Made by a program: the position numbers and the translations under genes. 64,000 bases of DNA from contig OZ242274.1 in NCBI GenBank assembly GCA_965207375.1, positions 960,001 to 1,024,000 on the forward strand, given 5' to 3'. Positions 50,040 to 60,801 of the stretch are shown piece after piece; the first letter of the stretch is position 1; every line of letters starts with the position of its first letter. The notes beneath the pieces were generated by a model. The model was not told the origin of the DNA and did no database searches. It saw only the letters and a list, made by a program, of their open reading frames with translations. Source of the DNA: Nitrosopumilaceae archaeon. GTDB lineage: Archaea; Thermoproteota; Nitrososphaeria; Nitrososphaerales; Nitrosopumilaceae.

Positions 50040-51090
50040 ATCTAGAGAACTAGTTGTTTTGCCAAAGGTTCCAAAGGCAAAATTGGAAAACTTTGTCTCA
50101 CAGCTTGCCCAAGAAGGAATAAAGACAGTGTATGAAAATCCAAAATCACTTGCAAAAAGCAAGACAAAGATGAGTACAATTTATCCTTCAAGTGATGCAA
50201 ATTATGTGATACTTGAAAAAGATGTCAGAAAGGTTCGTGGCAAAAAAATAGGTAAAAAATTCCGGGTCTTATCAAATGAGGATATTGAAGATATACTATA
50301 CACTGCAAAAAAAGGCCTAGATTTTGTCATAGTTGAAGTCAAGGATTGGAAAATTATCCCGCTAGAAAACATTATTGCAAAATTGCACAAAATTCACACA
50401 AAGATCTTTACAATTGCACATAGTCCACAGGAGGTAAGAAAGATGTTTTCTATCTTAGAGGTAGGCGTAGATGGGGTAATCTTTGCTGCTTCTTCAATTA
50501 ATCAGGTAAAGGAGGCACTAGTATATCTGGGAACTAGACACTTTGAGCTAAAACCTGCAAGAATTGTTGAAATCAAAGAGGTCGGAGACGGTGAGCGTGT
50601 GTGTGTGGATACGGCATCAATGTTACACAAGGGTGAGGGGATGCTTATCGGCAGCAGATCAAACTTTTTGTTTTTGGTTCATAATGAATCTGTGGGTTCC
50701 TCATTTACATCGCCTAGACCATTTAGAGTCAATGCAGGGGCTGTTCATTGTTATACCTTGGCGCCAGATGGCACAACAAAATACCTCTCAGAAATGGAGA
50801 CAGGAAGCGAGGTCTTGGTGTTGAATCCAAAAGGAAATGCAAGAAGGGCAACTGTGGGCCGCTCAAAAATTGAAAGACGTCCCATGTTAATGATCAAGGC
50901 AAAGACGGGAAATGAAATTGGAGGCATCATTGCACAGGATGCAGAAACTATAAGATTTGTAAAACCAAATGGCAGCCTAGTATCTGTAACGCATCTCAAA
51001 AAAGGAGACACCGTTATGGTGCATGCAAAATCTGCAATAGGCAGGCATTTTGGAATGGAAGTCTCAGACGAATATATTTTGGAAAAATGA
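50032..51090 (+). CDS. 3-dehydroquinate synthase II (AroB')
   Basis: DWKIIPLEN, RVCVDT, RPFRVNAG, QDAET and RHFG motifs. Confidence 0.93.
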   Translation: MSKSRELVVLPKVPKAKLENFVSQLAQEGIKTVYENPKSLAKSKTKMSTIYPSSDANYVILEKDVRKVRGKKIGKKFRVLSNEDIEDILYTAKKGLDFVIVEVKDWKIIPLENIIAKLHKIHTKIFTIAHSPQEVRKMFSILEVGVDGVIFAASSINQVKEALVYLGTRHFELKPARIVEIKEVGDGERVCVDTASMLHKGEGMLIGSRSNFLFLVHNESVGSSFTSPRPFRVNAGAVHCYTLAPDGTTKYLSEMETGSEVLVLNPKGNARRATVGRSKIERRPMLMIKAKTGNEIGGIIAQDAETIRFVKPNGSLVSVTHLKKGDTVMVHAKSAIGRHFGMEVSDEYILEK

Positions 51091-51761
51091 AATACAAAAC
51101 ATGTGTTTCTATAGCAGAGAAAACACCAAAAAAACTAAACCAGACACTGCTAAAGGCACTAAAAAAATCGCAATACGCAGAACTGCGATTGGATTTTCTA
51201 AATCCTTCCCAGGTACCTGTTGCATTGGATTTGGCAAAAAAAAATCTCAAAAGATGTGTGTGCACACTGCGTCCAAAGACAGAAGGTGGCGTATTTGCAG
51301 GTACACAAAAACATAGAGTCTCAATTTTAAAATTAATTTCCGAATATTACCCGTATATGATTGATATTGAATTTTTGACACTCTCAAAAGATCGGGATCT
51401 GCTAAATTATGTTAAAAGGACAAAAACGCCTATACTTGTATCATGGCACGACTTTAAGAAAACACCAAAAATCTCAGAGCTTACAGGCAAATTCTCCAAG
51501 ATGCAAAAACTATCAAAAAACATCAAAATAGTTACCACTGCAAAAACACCCGATGATGCATCTAGAATACTCTCACTGTATGGACGTTCATCCCAATCTA
51601 ATTTGATTGCCTTTGCAATGGGGGATCTGGGGCGAATTTCAAGAATTTTATGTCTGTATTTGGGCAGTCCTTATACTTATGTGTCGTTGGGACAGGCCAT
51701 AGCTGCTGGACAATTCAGCGTAGATGAGGTCAAAAAAATCACCAAACTTTTAGGCAATTAG
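51087..51761 (+). CDS. aroD: 3-dehydroquinate dehydratase type I
   Basis: ELRLD, R...EGG, SWHDF and MG..GRISR motifs. Confidence 0.92.
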   Translation: MKYKTCVSIAEKTPKKLNQTLLKALKKSQYAELRLDFLNPSQVPVALDLAKKNLKRCVCTLRPKTEGGVFAGTQKHRVSILKLISEYYPYMIDIEFLTLSKDRDLLNYVKRTKTPILVSWHDFKKTPKISELTGKFSKMQKLSKNIKIVTTAKTPDDASRILSLYGRSSQSNLIAFAMGDLGRISRILCLYLGSPYTYVSLGQAIAAGQFSVDEVKKITKLLGN

Positions 51762-51794
51762 AGTTTAAATCAATCTATTGTATCACAAAATTAA

Positions 51795-52607
51795 ATGATT
51801 AAAACATTTGCAGTCATAGGTGACCCAATTGAGCATTCGATGTCTCCTAATATACACAATGCAGCATTTAAGGAATTAAACATGGAATCAACCTATATTG
51901 CATATAAAATTCCAAAAAGCGAACTAGAAGAAGGCATAGAATCTCTCAAAAAAATCCAGATTTCCGGATTCAACGTTACTATCCCACACAAGGTTGATGT
52001 GATGAAATACCTCGATAAGACAGATGATATATGTAGTGTGATTGGGGCCTCAAATACGGTTACAAATGAAAATGGTATTTTAAAAGGATACAATACCGAC
52101 ATGGATGGATTTTTAGATCCCATTAAAAAAAGGGGAATCAAAATCAACAATGAATCTGTTTTGTTACTAGGGGCAGGAGGCGCAGCTAGAGCAATTGTAG
52201 CAGGATTTGCAAAGGAGCATGCAAAAAATGTTACAATTGCAAATAAAACGATACTAAAAGCAAAGGAACTTGTACAGTTTGCAACAAAATTGGGACTAGA
52301 TGCAGCTGCTACTGACTCTGTACCTGACCCCTCAGAGTATAGATTCATAGTCAATGCTACATCTGTTGGACTGCGAGGTGAGACAACACAGGTTGATACA
52401 GCACGAATTGGAAAAAATTCAGTCGTATATGATATTGTGTACATGCCAATGAATACGGATCTGATAAAAAAATCAAGGGTGCGAGGGGCTGTAATAATTT
52501 ATGGATATGAGATGCTGTTGGCTCAGGCAGCTAGGGCGTTTGAAATATGGCATAAAAGACAAGCACCATATAATGCAATGAAAAAGGCACTAGTAGGTGC
52601 AACTTAG
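51795..52607 (+). CDS. aroE: Shikimate dehydrogenase
   Basis: HSMSP, NVTIPHK, NTD and GAGGAARA motifs. Confidence 0.95.
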   Translation: MIKTFAVIGDPIEHSMSPNIHNAAFKELNMESTYIAYKIPKSELEEGIESLKKIQISGFNVTIPHKVDVMKYLDKTDDICSVIGASNTVTNENGILKGYNTDMDGFLDPIKKRGIKINNESVLLLGAGGAARAIVAGFAKEHAKNVTIANKTILKAKELVQFATKLGLDAAATDSVPDPSEYRFIVNATSVGLRGETTQVDTARIGKNSVVYDIVYMPMNTDLIKKSRVRGAVIIYGYEMLLAQAARAFEIWHKRQAPYNAMKKALVGAT

Positions 52608-52609
52608 AC

Positions 52610-53461
52610 ATGAAGACACAAGCTACGGTTCATGGTGCAATCTCGATTGTAAATGCAATAGCTACGGGCAAGGGAGCCACCTTGGGTACCGAACAACAGG
52701 TGGTTGCAACTGCGCAGGATTCTGTAGGCAGGGGTATCATTTTACAAACCAAATGTGGCAATATAAGTTCTAAATTGGTCAACAAAACTGTTGAAAAGAC
52801 GGTTCCAAAAAAAATTCTTGACAAGACAAAAATTACAATCAGACTAGATACTGACATTCCTACAGGATATGGATTAAAAAGTTCTAGTTCTATATCTTCT
52901 GCAGTAGCATTGGCATGCGCAAAACTTTTTGATTTAAAAATAAATGATCAAAAGATTTTGCTTGCAGGAGTTGACGCCTCAATTCAAACCAAGATAAGCA
53001 TAACTGGAGCATACGATGACGCATGTGCCTGCTATTATGGTGGATTTAATGTCACAGATAATTTAAGAAAAAAGATAATCTGTAAAGAAAACGGACCTAG
53101 AAATGTAGTGGCTGCAATATTTATTCCAAAGGCAAGAAAACGTGGCAATGTAAAAAAACTCAAAACATTAGACATGGTGTTTCAAAAGGCGTGGAATCTT
53201 GCAAAAAATTCAGATTATTGGAACGCCATGATACTAAATGGACTAGCAACGTCTGCCATATTAAACTCGAACCCAAAAATAATTACGGATTTATTAGACA
53301 GGGGGGCAATTGCAGCCTCAATTTCAGGAAACGGCCCTGCAATTGCAGCAGTTACAAAACAAGAAAATCTAACCGGAATCAAAAAGGTATTTTCGGCAAT
53401 GGAGGGGAAAACAATAGTGACAAAAATCAACAACAAAAGAGCCGAGGTACATGAAGTGTAA
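52610..53461 (+). CDS. aroK: Archaeal (GHMP-type) shikimate kinase
   Basis: GAISIVNAIATGKG, GLKSSS, TGAYDD and SGNGP motifs. Confidence 0.93.
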   Translation: MKTQATVHGAISIVNAIATGKGATLGTEQQVVATAQDSVGRGIILQTKCGNISSKLVNKTVEKTVPKKILDKTKITIRLDTDIPTGYGLKSSSSISSAVALACAKLFDLKINDQKILLAGVDASIQTKISITGAYDDACACYYGGFNVTDNLRKKIICKENGPRNVVAAIFIPKARKRGNVKKLKTLDMVFQKAWNLAKNSDYWNAMILNGLATSAILNSNPKIITDLLDRGAIAASISGNGPAIAAVTKQENLTGIKKVFSAMEGKTIVTKINNKRAEVHEV

Positions 53462-54713
53462 GGTCAACAAATCAAAGATATCTGGAGAGCTGACATGTCC
53501 TCCAAACAAAAGCTACACTCATAGGGCAATATTTTTGGCATCTTTGGCTCTAGGCAACAGTACAGTCAAAAATGCCTTGCTTTCTGCAGATACTTGTGCA
53601 ACAATTAATGCCTGCAAGTCGCTAGGTGCAAGGCTAGATGTGTCTGGTGATATCATAACTGTGAAAAAACCCATATCCTTTGAACAATCCTGTACAATCC
53701 ATGCCGAGAATTCAGGCACGACAGTTAGAATAGCTGCTGCAATTGCTGCGCTGTCTGAGACAAAAATCACGCTTGCAGGAGATGAGAGCCTGCAAAAAAG
53801 ACCCATGCAGCCAATTCTTACGGCCTTGGAAATGCTTGGGGCAACATGTACATCCTCTGATGGATGTTTACCAATTACGGTTCAAGGAAAAATCAGGGGG
53901 GGCAGTGTTATTGTCCAGGGAAACATTTCTAGTCAATTTATCACATCTTTGCTTATCTGTGCTCCATTGACTGTACAAGGTATTACAGTAAATATAGGTG
54001 ATCAACTAGTTTCAAAGCCGTACCTTGATGCAACAATTGCATCCATGATGCAGTTTGGTGTAACAGTACAGACGAATAAAAAGTATAAACAATATACCGT
54101 AAAACCGCAACAGTACAAAGAAACTGCATTTATCGTGCCTCCTGATTATTCTAGCATGGCATTGCTGTTATCTGCTGCCGTACTAGTGGGTAAGGATGTA
54201 AGTATACGGGCTGCACACAATAATCTACCTCAGGGAGATAAGGCATTTTTAGAAATTTTAGAAAATCTTGGAGTCCGAGTAGATATAGACGGGGATTTGA
54301 TTTCAATATATAGTCCTGATGTGCTAGGAGGCGGTACATTTGATCTCTCAGACACGCCTGATTTGCTTCCTCCATTGTCGATTTTGGTTTTAAAATGTCA
54401 AAGTATGCTGGAGATTGTAAACGTAAAACATGCACGATACAAAGAAACAGACAGAATTGCAATTGTTTCAAGGGAACTATCAAAGCTAGGAATTAAAATA
54501 GATGAAAGAGACGATGGAATGCAGCTACAAAATACACAAAATCTGCACGGTGCCAATCTTGATTCAGAAAAGGATCATCGGTTGTTTATGGCCTTTTGTA
54601 TAGCTGCAATGTATGTTGGTAACTGTACTGTAACTGATCCAGAGTCTGTATCTGTGTCATATCCTGATTTTATCTCAGATATGAACAAGATTGGCGCAGA
54701 TATTTTGTTATGA
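53451..54713 (+). CDS. aroA: 3-phosphoshikimate 1-carboxyvinyltransferase
   Basis: KSYTHRA, NSGTT.R, SSQF, RYKETDR and DHR motifs. Confidence 0.95.
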   Translation: MKCKVNKSKISGELTCPPNKSYTHRAIFLASLALGNSTVKNALLSADTCATINACKSLGARLDVSGDIITVKKPISFEQSCTIHAENSGTTVRIAAAIAALSETKITLAGDESLQKRPMQPILTALEMLGATCTSSDGCLPITVQGKIRGGSVIVQGNISSQFITSLLICAPLTVQGITVNIGDQLVSKPYLDATIASMMQFGVTVQTNKKYKQYTVKPQQYKETAFIVPPDYSSMALLLSAAVLVGKDVSIRAAHNNLPQGDKAFLEILENLGVRVDIDGDLISIYSPDVLGGGTFDLSDTPDLLPPLSILVLKCQSMLEIVNVKHARYKETDRIAIVSRELSKLGIKIDERDDGMQLQNTQNLHGANLDSEKDHRLFMAFCIAAMYVGNCTVTDPESVSVSYPDFISDMNKIGADILL

Positions 54714-55214
54714 TTTATTGTGCAAATCAGATAGATGTATTGATTGTTGTATGTTTTAGCTGACAATCTTTGATGCCTAAGACATTTGCTAGAGTGTATT
54801 GGAATATTTTTTCGTATTGTTTTGAGCTATTAGATGCAGTAATAGGATTGCCATGTATTACAAATACTGCCAAGCACTATAGATCAAACTGTTTTTGTAC
54901 GTATTGAAATCAGGGTTGGATTTTTTTGGCAATCTTAGTAGATCTGCTCATGTCTTTTGTATTTCATTTAGGCAAAACCAATCGATTTGTTTAAAACCCC
55001 ATATACACTAGAATGCAGAAATTACAATATTCTTAGAATACATCAAAATATCTGATATACCTGGCATATTTTGCTATCTTTGCAGAAAATATCAGGGGTA
55101 ACTGTGATTGTACAGGTCCTGTGCATGTCACAGAGAATTTGTAAAAATCAAGACATACACGTAAAATCTAAATTATATCCACAATAGGAATTATAAGCAT
55201 CAGTTGAACTAATT

Positions 55215-56315
55215 TTGGTATTGTCAGGCAACTCGATAGGTAAAAGATTGGTTTTAACAAGTTTTGGTGAAAGTCATGGTAGCTGCGTTGGTACTGTTCT
55301 TGATGGATGCCCTGCAGGACTAGAGTTGGAAGAAAATGATATTCAAAGAATGCTAGATTACAGAAAGCCAGGACAGTCCAAGATCACAACTCAGAGAAAG
55401 GAAGAGGATATTGTCGAAATTATTTCCGGCGTGTTTAGGGGACATACTACCGGTGCTCCAATTACAATGATAATACAAAACAAAGATCAGCACTCAAAGG
55501 ATTACGATGAATTAAAAACAAAATTAAGGCCAGGACATTCAGACTATCCTGCAATGCTAAAGTATAACCATTACAATGATGCTCGCGGGGGAGGAAGATT
55601 TTCTGGCAGATTGACTGCAACGCATGTAATGGGAGGAGCAGTAGCTAAAAAGCTACTCAAGGTATCCTTGGATGTGGAAACAAATTCTTACACGTCGCAG
55701 ATAGGCAAAGTCAAAACAACCTCTGAGTTTACAACTCGTAATATTTCACATATATACAAAAATGATGTAAGATGTCCAGAAAGGGACACTGCAGTAAAGA
55801 TGAAGGCAGCGATTCTGTCAGCACGTAAAAAAGGTGATTCACTTGGAGGAATGATAGAGTCAGTTACGACCAATCTGCCGGTAGGATTAGGAGAGCCGAT
55901 TTTTAGCTCACTAGAATCTGAGCTTAGCAGGGCAATGTTTTCTATCCCTTCAGTAAAAGGAGTAGAGTTTGGTTCCGGATTTGCCGGTTCAAGTTTGTAT
56001 GGTTCACAAAATAATGATTTATACGTCATCAAACAAGGAAAAATTCAAACTGTTACAAACAATTCGGGTGGAATTTTGGGTGGAATTTCAAATGGGATGC
56101 CAATTACGATGAGAATTGCATTCAAGCCTGCCTCATCAATTATCAAATCCCAAAAAACAATAGACATCAAAACCAAAAAATCCACATACCTGACAGTCAA
56201 GGGCCGCCACGACCCGTGTGTGGTTCCAAGAGCGCCCCCCGTTGTGGATTCCCTAGTTGCACTAGTCATTGCAGATCAGGCATTAATTGGCGGCTTTATC
56301 AAACCGGTTTTATGA
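55215..56315 (+). CDS. aroC: Chorismate synthase
   Basis: FGESHG, RPGHSD, GGGRFSGR and GRHDPC motifs. Confidence 0.96.
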   Translation: MVLSGNSIGKRLVLTSFGESHGSCVGTVLDGCPAGLELEENDIQRMLDYRKPGQSKITTQRKEEDIVEIISGVFRGHTTGAPITMIIQNKDQHSKDYDELKTKLRPGHSDYPAMLKYNHYNDARGGGRFSGRLTATHVMGGAVAKKLLKVSLDVETNSYTSQIGKVKTTSEFTTRNISHIYKNDVRCPERDTAVKMKAAILSARKKGDSLGGMIESVTTNLPVGLGEPIFSSLESELSRAMFSIPSVKGVEFGSGFAGSSLYGSQNNDLYVIKQGKIQTVTNNSGGILGGISNGMPITMRIAFKPASSIIKSQKTIDIKTKKSTYLTVKGRHDPCVVPRAPPVVDSLVALVIADQALIGGFIKPVL

Positions 56316-56319
56316 GAAA

Positions 56320-57684
56320 ATGCCTGACATCGAATCACTTCGTAACAAAATGGATCAGATTACCCTTGATTTGGTAAAGCTGCTCAAAGATAGAACCGAG
56401 ATTGCAAGGGCGATTGGAATACTCAAAAAAGATATTGGAAAAAGCGTAACAGACCAAACAAGGGAAGACAATCTGCGCCAAAAGGTGATTTCATTATCAA
56501 GAGACATACAACTAGATGAAAATATGACGGCAAGATTTCTCAACTTTTTGTTAAACGAGTCAGTAAAAATTCAATCAGAAAACAAACAAACGCATCTTTC
56601 GATATTTCTAAAGGCAAAGTCAATGGAACAGCAAGGCAAAAAAATTATTCATCTCGAGGTAGGAGAGCCTGATTTTATGCCGCCTGATATTGTGGGTTCT
56701 GCATTGGCTCAATCCTTTAAGAAAGGATTTGTAAGGTACGGTCAAGCAAAAGGACACATACGACTCAGAGATGCACTAGCTGCCAAAACAGCTTGCCAAC
56801 ACAATGTGAAATTAGATCAACAAAACATACTAGTTACTCCCGGAGCACGGTTTTCTATATTTTTGGCAATTACTACCTTGTTGAATTTTGGAGAGGAGCT
56901 GATTGTAATTGAACCTGCGTGGCCTGCATACAGGGACTGTGCGCTGCATGCAGGAATAAAGGTTCGCTCTGTCAGAACAACTTTGGAAAATCATTGGGAG
57001 CCCAAGATAGAACAAATCTTGAAACTAATCACACCCAATACAAAAATGATTGTTCTAAACTATCCAAACAACCCGACAGGAAAAATATTGTCTAGTACAC
57101 TACAGGACAAAATTATCGAAATTGCAAAACAAAATAATCTTTATGTTCTAAGTGATGAAATTTATGGTCAATATGCAAAGACACAATGGAAAAGTATACT
57201 GCACTACAAATACAGCAAAGCAATTGTTACACAATCATTTTCAAAATCTCATGCAATGACTGGTTTTAGAATCGGATATACGATAGCAGACACGTCCATC
57301 ATTGATAAAATGTCAAAGCTACAGGCATTATGTTTGACTAGTGTGTCTGAGCCCATACAGTATGCAGCATTAGGGGCATTACAGGCAGATACGTCACAAA
57401 ACTCTCAAATCATATGTTCCAGACTAGAACTATTACAGCAAAGTGCAAGACAGATGGGTCTTGATTTTGCAGATGCTGATGGCGCAATGTATCTATTTGC
57501 TAGGGTAAACAGGGAAGGTTTTGATGGCCAGGAATTTGCAAAAAAGGCACTAGATGCAGGTTTGGCCATAGCTCCTGGTGCTGGATTTGGCGACTATAAA
57601 GAGTTTGTCCGAATTTCTGCCTGTCAGGACGAAAAGACACTAAAAGAGGGTATGAATATTCTAAGTGAGCTTCTGAGGAGATAG
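56320..57684 (+). CDS. Chorismate mutase domain fused to class I aminotransferase
   Basis: N-terminal LR..MD.I...L..R AroQ domain; GEPDF, PNNPTG, DEIY and SFSKSHAMTGFRIG motifs. Confidence 0.9.
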   Translation: MPDIESLRNKMDQITLDLVKLLKDRTEIARAIGILKKDIGKSVTDQTREDNLRQKVISLSRDIQLDENMTARFLNFLLNESVKIQSENKQTHLSIFLKAKSMEQQGKKIIHLEVGEPDFMPPDIVGSALAQSFKKGFVRYGQAKGHIRLRDALAAKTACQHNVKLDQQNILVTPGARFSIFLAITTLLNFGEELIVIEPAWPAYRDCALHAGIKVRSVRTTLENHWEPKIEQILKLITPNTKMIVLNYPNNPTGKILSSTLQDKIIEIAKQNNLYVLSDEIYGQYAKTQWKSILHYKYSKAIVTQSFSKSHAMTGFRIGYTIADTSIIDKMSKLQALCLTSVSEPIQYAALGALQADTSQNSQIICSRLELLQQSARQMGLDFADADGAMYLFARVNREGFDGQEFAKKALDAGLAIAPGAGFGDYKEFVRISACQDEKTLKEGMNILSELLRR

Positions 57685-57686
57685 AA

Positions 57687-58541
57687 ATGGGCAAAAAAAT
57701 TACAATCATTGGAGCAGGCGGAAAAATGGGTAAATGGTTTTGTAAATATTTTACAGATACCGGTTTTGAGGTTACAGGCTATGATTCAGAAAACAAGGTC
57801 TCAGGCAAAAAGATTATAGTTTCTGAATCCCTAATTGGCTCGATTTTGAATACTGATTATGTGATGTTGTGTACACCAACACGGAGAACTCCAGAAATTA
57901 TAAGACTGATTGCAAAAGAAATGAAACGCGGCACATACCTTATTGATATTTCATCAGAAAAATCAAAGACAATGTCGTCATTGTCAAAGATTCCTGCAAA
58001 AATTAATCCCATCTGCATTCATCCAATGTTTGGACCAGGAACAAAAAATCTAAAGGGCAAAAATGTCGTCTCGGTTCCAGTAAAGGATGCAAAAAAAGAA
58101 CTTGCAGTGGCAAAGTCATTATTCTCAGGAGCAAACTTTGTTACAATAGATTCATCAGAGCATGACAAAAAAATTGCAGTGATACTTGGACTGACTCACC
58201 TGACAAACTTGGTATTTGCCAATATATTATCCAAAGATGAAAAGTCATCACTTACTGAAAAAATGTCTGGTACAACTTTTAAGATACAAAAAATACTCTC
58301 AGAAAGTATAATGACTGAATCACCTGAATTAATAGAGACTATAATTGCAAATCCAGAAATAAGAAAGATCGCCGAAGAATTTTGGAAGGACATTGGCAGG
58401 TTGCTAACTGCAGTGCAAGAGGCAAAAACAGAAGAAGTTGTAAATTACATCAAAGAATGCCAACAGAGATTAGAAATTAATTCTGATCCAGAGGCGTCTT
58501 ACAAAAAACTAACAGCCATGATTCGTACTGTTGAAAAATAA
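57687..58541 (+). CDS. tyrA: Prephenate dehydrogenase
   Basis: GAGGKMG, DISSEK, HPMFGP and EHD motifs. Confidence 0.9.
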   Translation: MGKKITIIGAGGKMGKWFCKYFTDTGFEVTGYDSENKVSGKKIIVSESLIGSILNTDYVMLCTPTRRTPEIIRLIAKEMKRGTYLIDISSEKSKTMSSLSKIPAKINPICIHPMFGPGTKNLKGKNVVSVPVKDAKKELAVAKSLFSGANFVTIDSSEHDKKIAVILGLTHLTNLVFANILSKDEKSSLTEKMSGTTFKIQKILSESIMTESPELIETIIANPEIRKIAEEFWKDIGRLLTAVQEAKTEEVVNYIKECQQRLEINSDPEASYKKLTAMIRTVEK

Positions 58542-58544
58542 AAC

Positions 58545-58952
58545 ATGCGCTCAACTAGGATTGTTACCTCCTTTATTGAGGGTGAGGGAAAATTTCTTAT
58601 TTTAAAGCGAAGCCACCGAGTCAAAACCATGAAGGGGTTGTGGGCAGGAATTAGCGGAATAATTGAAAACAATGAAGATCCTCTAAGCCGGGCCAAAATC
58701 GAAATTTTTGAAGAGTTGGGAGTACGTGAGGACAAAATTCAGCTAGTAAATACTGCAAAAAAGATGAGTATCACCTCTCCCCAGTACAAAAATCATCGGT
58801 GGACAATTTTCCCATTCTTGTTTTCTGCAAGTAACATAACAATAAGACTCAATTGGGAAAATTCAGAATACAAATGGGTAAGCCTTGATGAGATTAAAAG
58901 ACACAGGACTGTGCCAAATTTGAACAAGGTATTGCTAAAGCTGCTCAAGTGA
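58545..58952 (+). CDS. NUDIX hydrolase
   Basis: G..E..E....A..E..EELG Nudix box and LNWEN. Confidence 0.88.
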   Translation: MRSTRIVTSFIEGEGKFLILKRSHRVKTMKGLWAGISGIIENNEDPLSRAKIEIFEELGVREDKIQLVNTAKKMSITSPQYKNHRWTIFPFLFSASNITIRLNWENSEYKWVSLDEIKRHRTVPNLNKVLLKLLK

Positions 58953-58958
58953 TACCCA

Positions 58959-60307
58959 TTATGTGGCCTCATTTGGTTTTTCGTATTTTCTTTGCTGTGG
59001 CAGCATAAGATACACGCATGCGCCGCCGCACATGGTACAGGGAACATTGTTTCCTGGATGTTGGCCTGTTCTGCTGTGGATTCGTGCAGCCTCTTCGGGA
59101 TCAATTGATAGTGCAATCTGTCTTTCCCAGTCTAGCGTTCTTCTTGCTTCAGTCATCTGCTTGTCCATTTTATGGCCTTGTCTCGAATCTTGACAAGATC
59201 TCCTGCATGGGCTGCTATTCTATATGCAATCAATCCTGCCTTTACCTCCAAGGCATTGGGCAATGCAAGATGTTCTGAAGGAGTAAGGTAACAAAGTAGA
59301 TCAACGCCCTCGCTTGCAGAAATTGCAGCACCTATGGCGCTTGCAATATGATCATGTCCTGATGCAATATCTGTAACAAGCGGACCTAGTACGTAATATG
59401 GGACATCTCCAATTAATGACTTTGCGAGTCTGACGTTGGCTGCAACCTCGTTTAATGGAACATGTCCGGGGCCCTCTACCATGACTTGAATGTCTTTTTC
59501 ATGGGCCTGCTTTGCCAATCTAGAAATGTTGATCATCTCTTGCACCTGCAATTCGTCATGAGAGTCCAAAATAGAGCCTGGACGTAGTGCGTCTCCGAGG
59601 CTAAATGTGACATCATATTTGCGTGCAATCTCAATCAGATAGTCAAAATGGGAATAGTACGGGTTTTCTTTTTCATATTTTAGCATCCATGCAGCAGTAA
59701 TTGTGCCTCCCTTGCTTACGACTCCTCCATGTCTTTGAACTTGAAGTATGCGTTTTGCAATATCTTTTGTAATTCCAGAATGAATTGTAGTATAGTCGAC
59801 GCCGTCTTTGGCATTGTTTTCAAAGGCATTTAAAAAGTCATCCTCTGTTAAATCCAGTGGATTTTTGTGCACCTCTACTCCGTAGTTATATGCCTCATAA
59901 ATTGGAACTGTGCCAAATGTGATGGGTGCTGCCTCTAGCAGGGTCCGTCTGATAGAACCTACATCTCCACCATCACTTAGATCCATTATGGTATCTGCAT
60001 GGTACTTTACTGCAACTTTGGCTTTTTTGATCTCCTCATCCAAATTTACATCAAGCGTAGAGGTTCCGATATTAACATTGACTTTGGTTTTTAGCCCTTT
60101 GCCAATTCCAACACGATGAACCTTTTGCTTTCTGGTGTTATTGCTTGGAATAATTATTGCGCCACTTGCAATTTTTGGCAATAGCCAATCTATAGTTACA
60201 TCCTCGTCTTGGGCCACCTGCTTCATTTCATCGGTTGCTATGCTGCGTCTAGCGTGACTCATTTGAGTGCTCAATGTATTCTCTAAGTTAAGGCCCGATT
60301 TAAACAA
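58959..60307 (-). CDS. thiC: Phosphomethylpyrimidine synthase ThiC, split by a single-base frameshift at about 59165
   Basis: [22 protein letters not shown] and EGPGHVP motifs; C-terminal CTMCGGAC lies in the second ORF 58959-59168. Confidence 0.92.
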
Positions 60308-60405
60308 TCATGACTAGTATATGTAAAACAGGCGATCAGAATTGGATCTACAAGTGTATATTATGGATCAACATTATATTCTAGATCGACCTATATTATG
60401 TCACC

Positions 60406-60501
60406 ATGAAAATGATCAAAGAGTGCCTGCATTGTGGAAGAGAGTTTCAAGACACATGTAACAATTTTTGCTCATACAAGTGTGCAAGCGAAGCATCATA
60501 A
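60406..60501 (+). CDS. Very small Cys-rich protein (TRASH/DUF2116-like), 31 aa
   Basis: MKMIKECLHCGREFQDTCNNFCSYKCASEAS has a CxxC...FCSxxC pattern. Confidence 0.55.
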   Translation: MKMIKECLHCGREFQDTCNNFCSYKCASEAS

Positions 60502-60801
60502 ATTGACCATCTGACAAGTTCACATTCTAGAAAATTCATGTATGTCAATGCAGGTACAAAGTATGACTGAAACCTATTCCTTACTTAAGGGGTTAGGTTC
60601 CTAGTATCTTTTCATTCTTACATGCTCAGGAGTCCCTTTTTTCCTAGGTCAGAACGCAGCTCATTAGAATACTATGTTCATTACATGTTTTGGCTTTTTA
60701 CATCTGACTTTGCTTTATTTTTGATCTGTTACCTTTGAGAAAAAAAATCTAATGACATCTAAATCAAAAAGTAGATTAGCTAAATTAATACCTGATATGT
60801 T

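Noticed and set aside
60500-60800. TPP riboswitch between thiC and thiDN
   Set aside because: Only scattered ctgag/aacct words; no complete consensus or helices seen (an Infernal RF00059 search would settle it)
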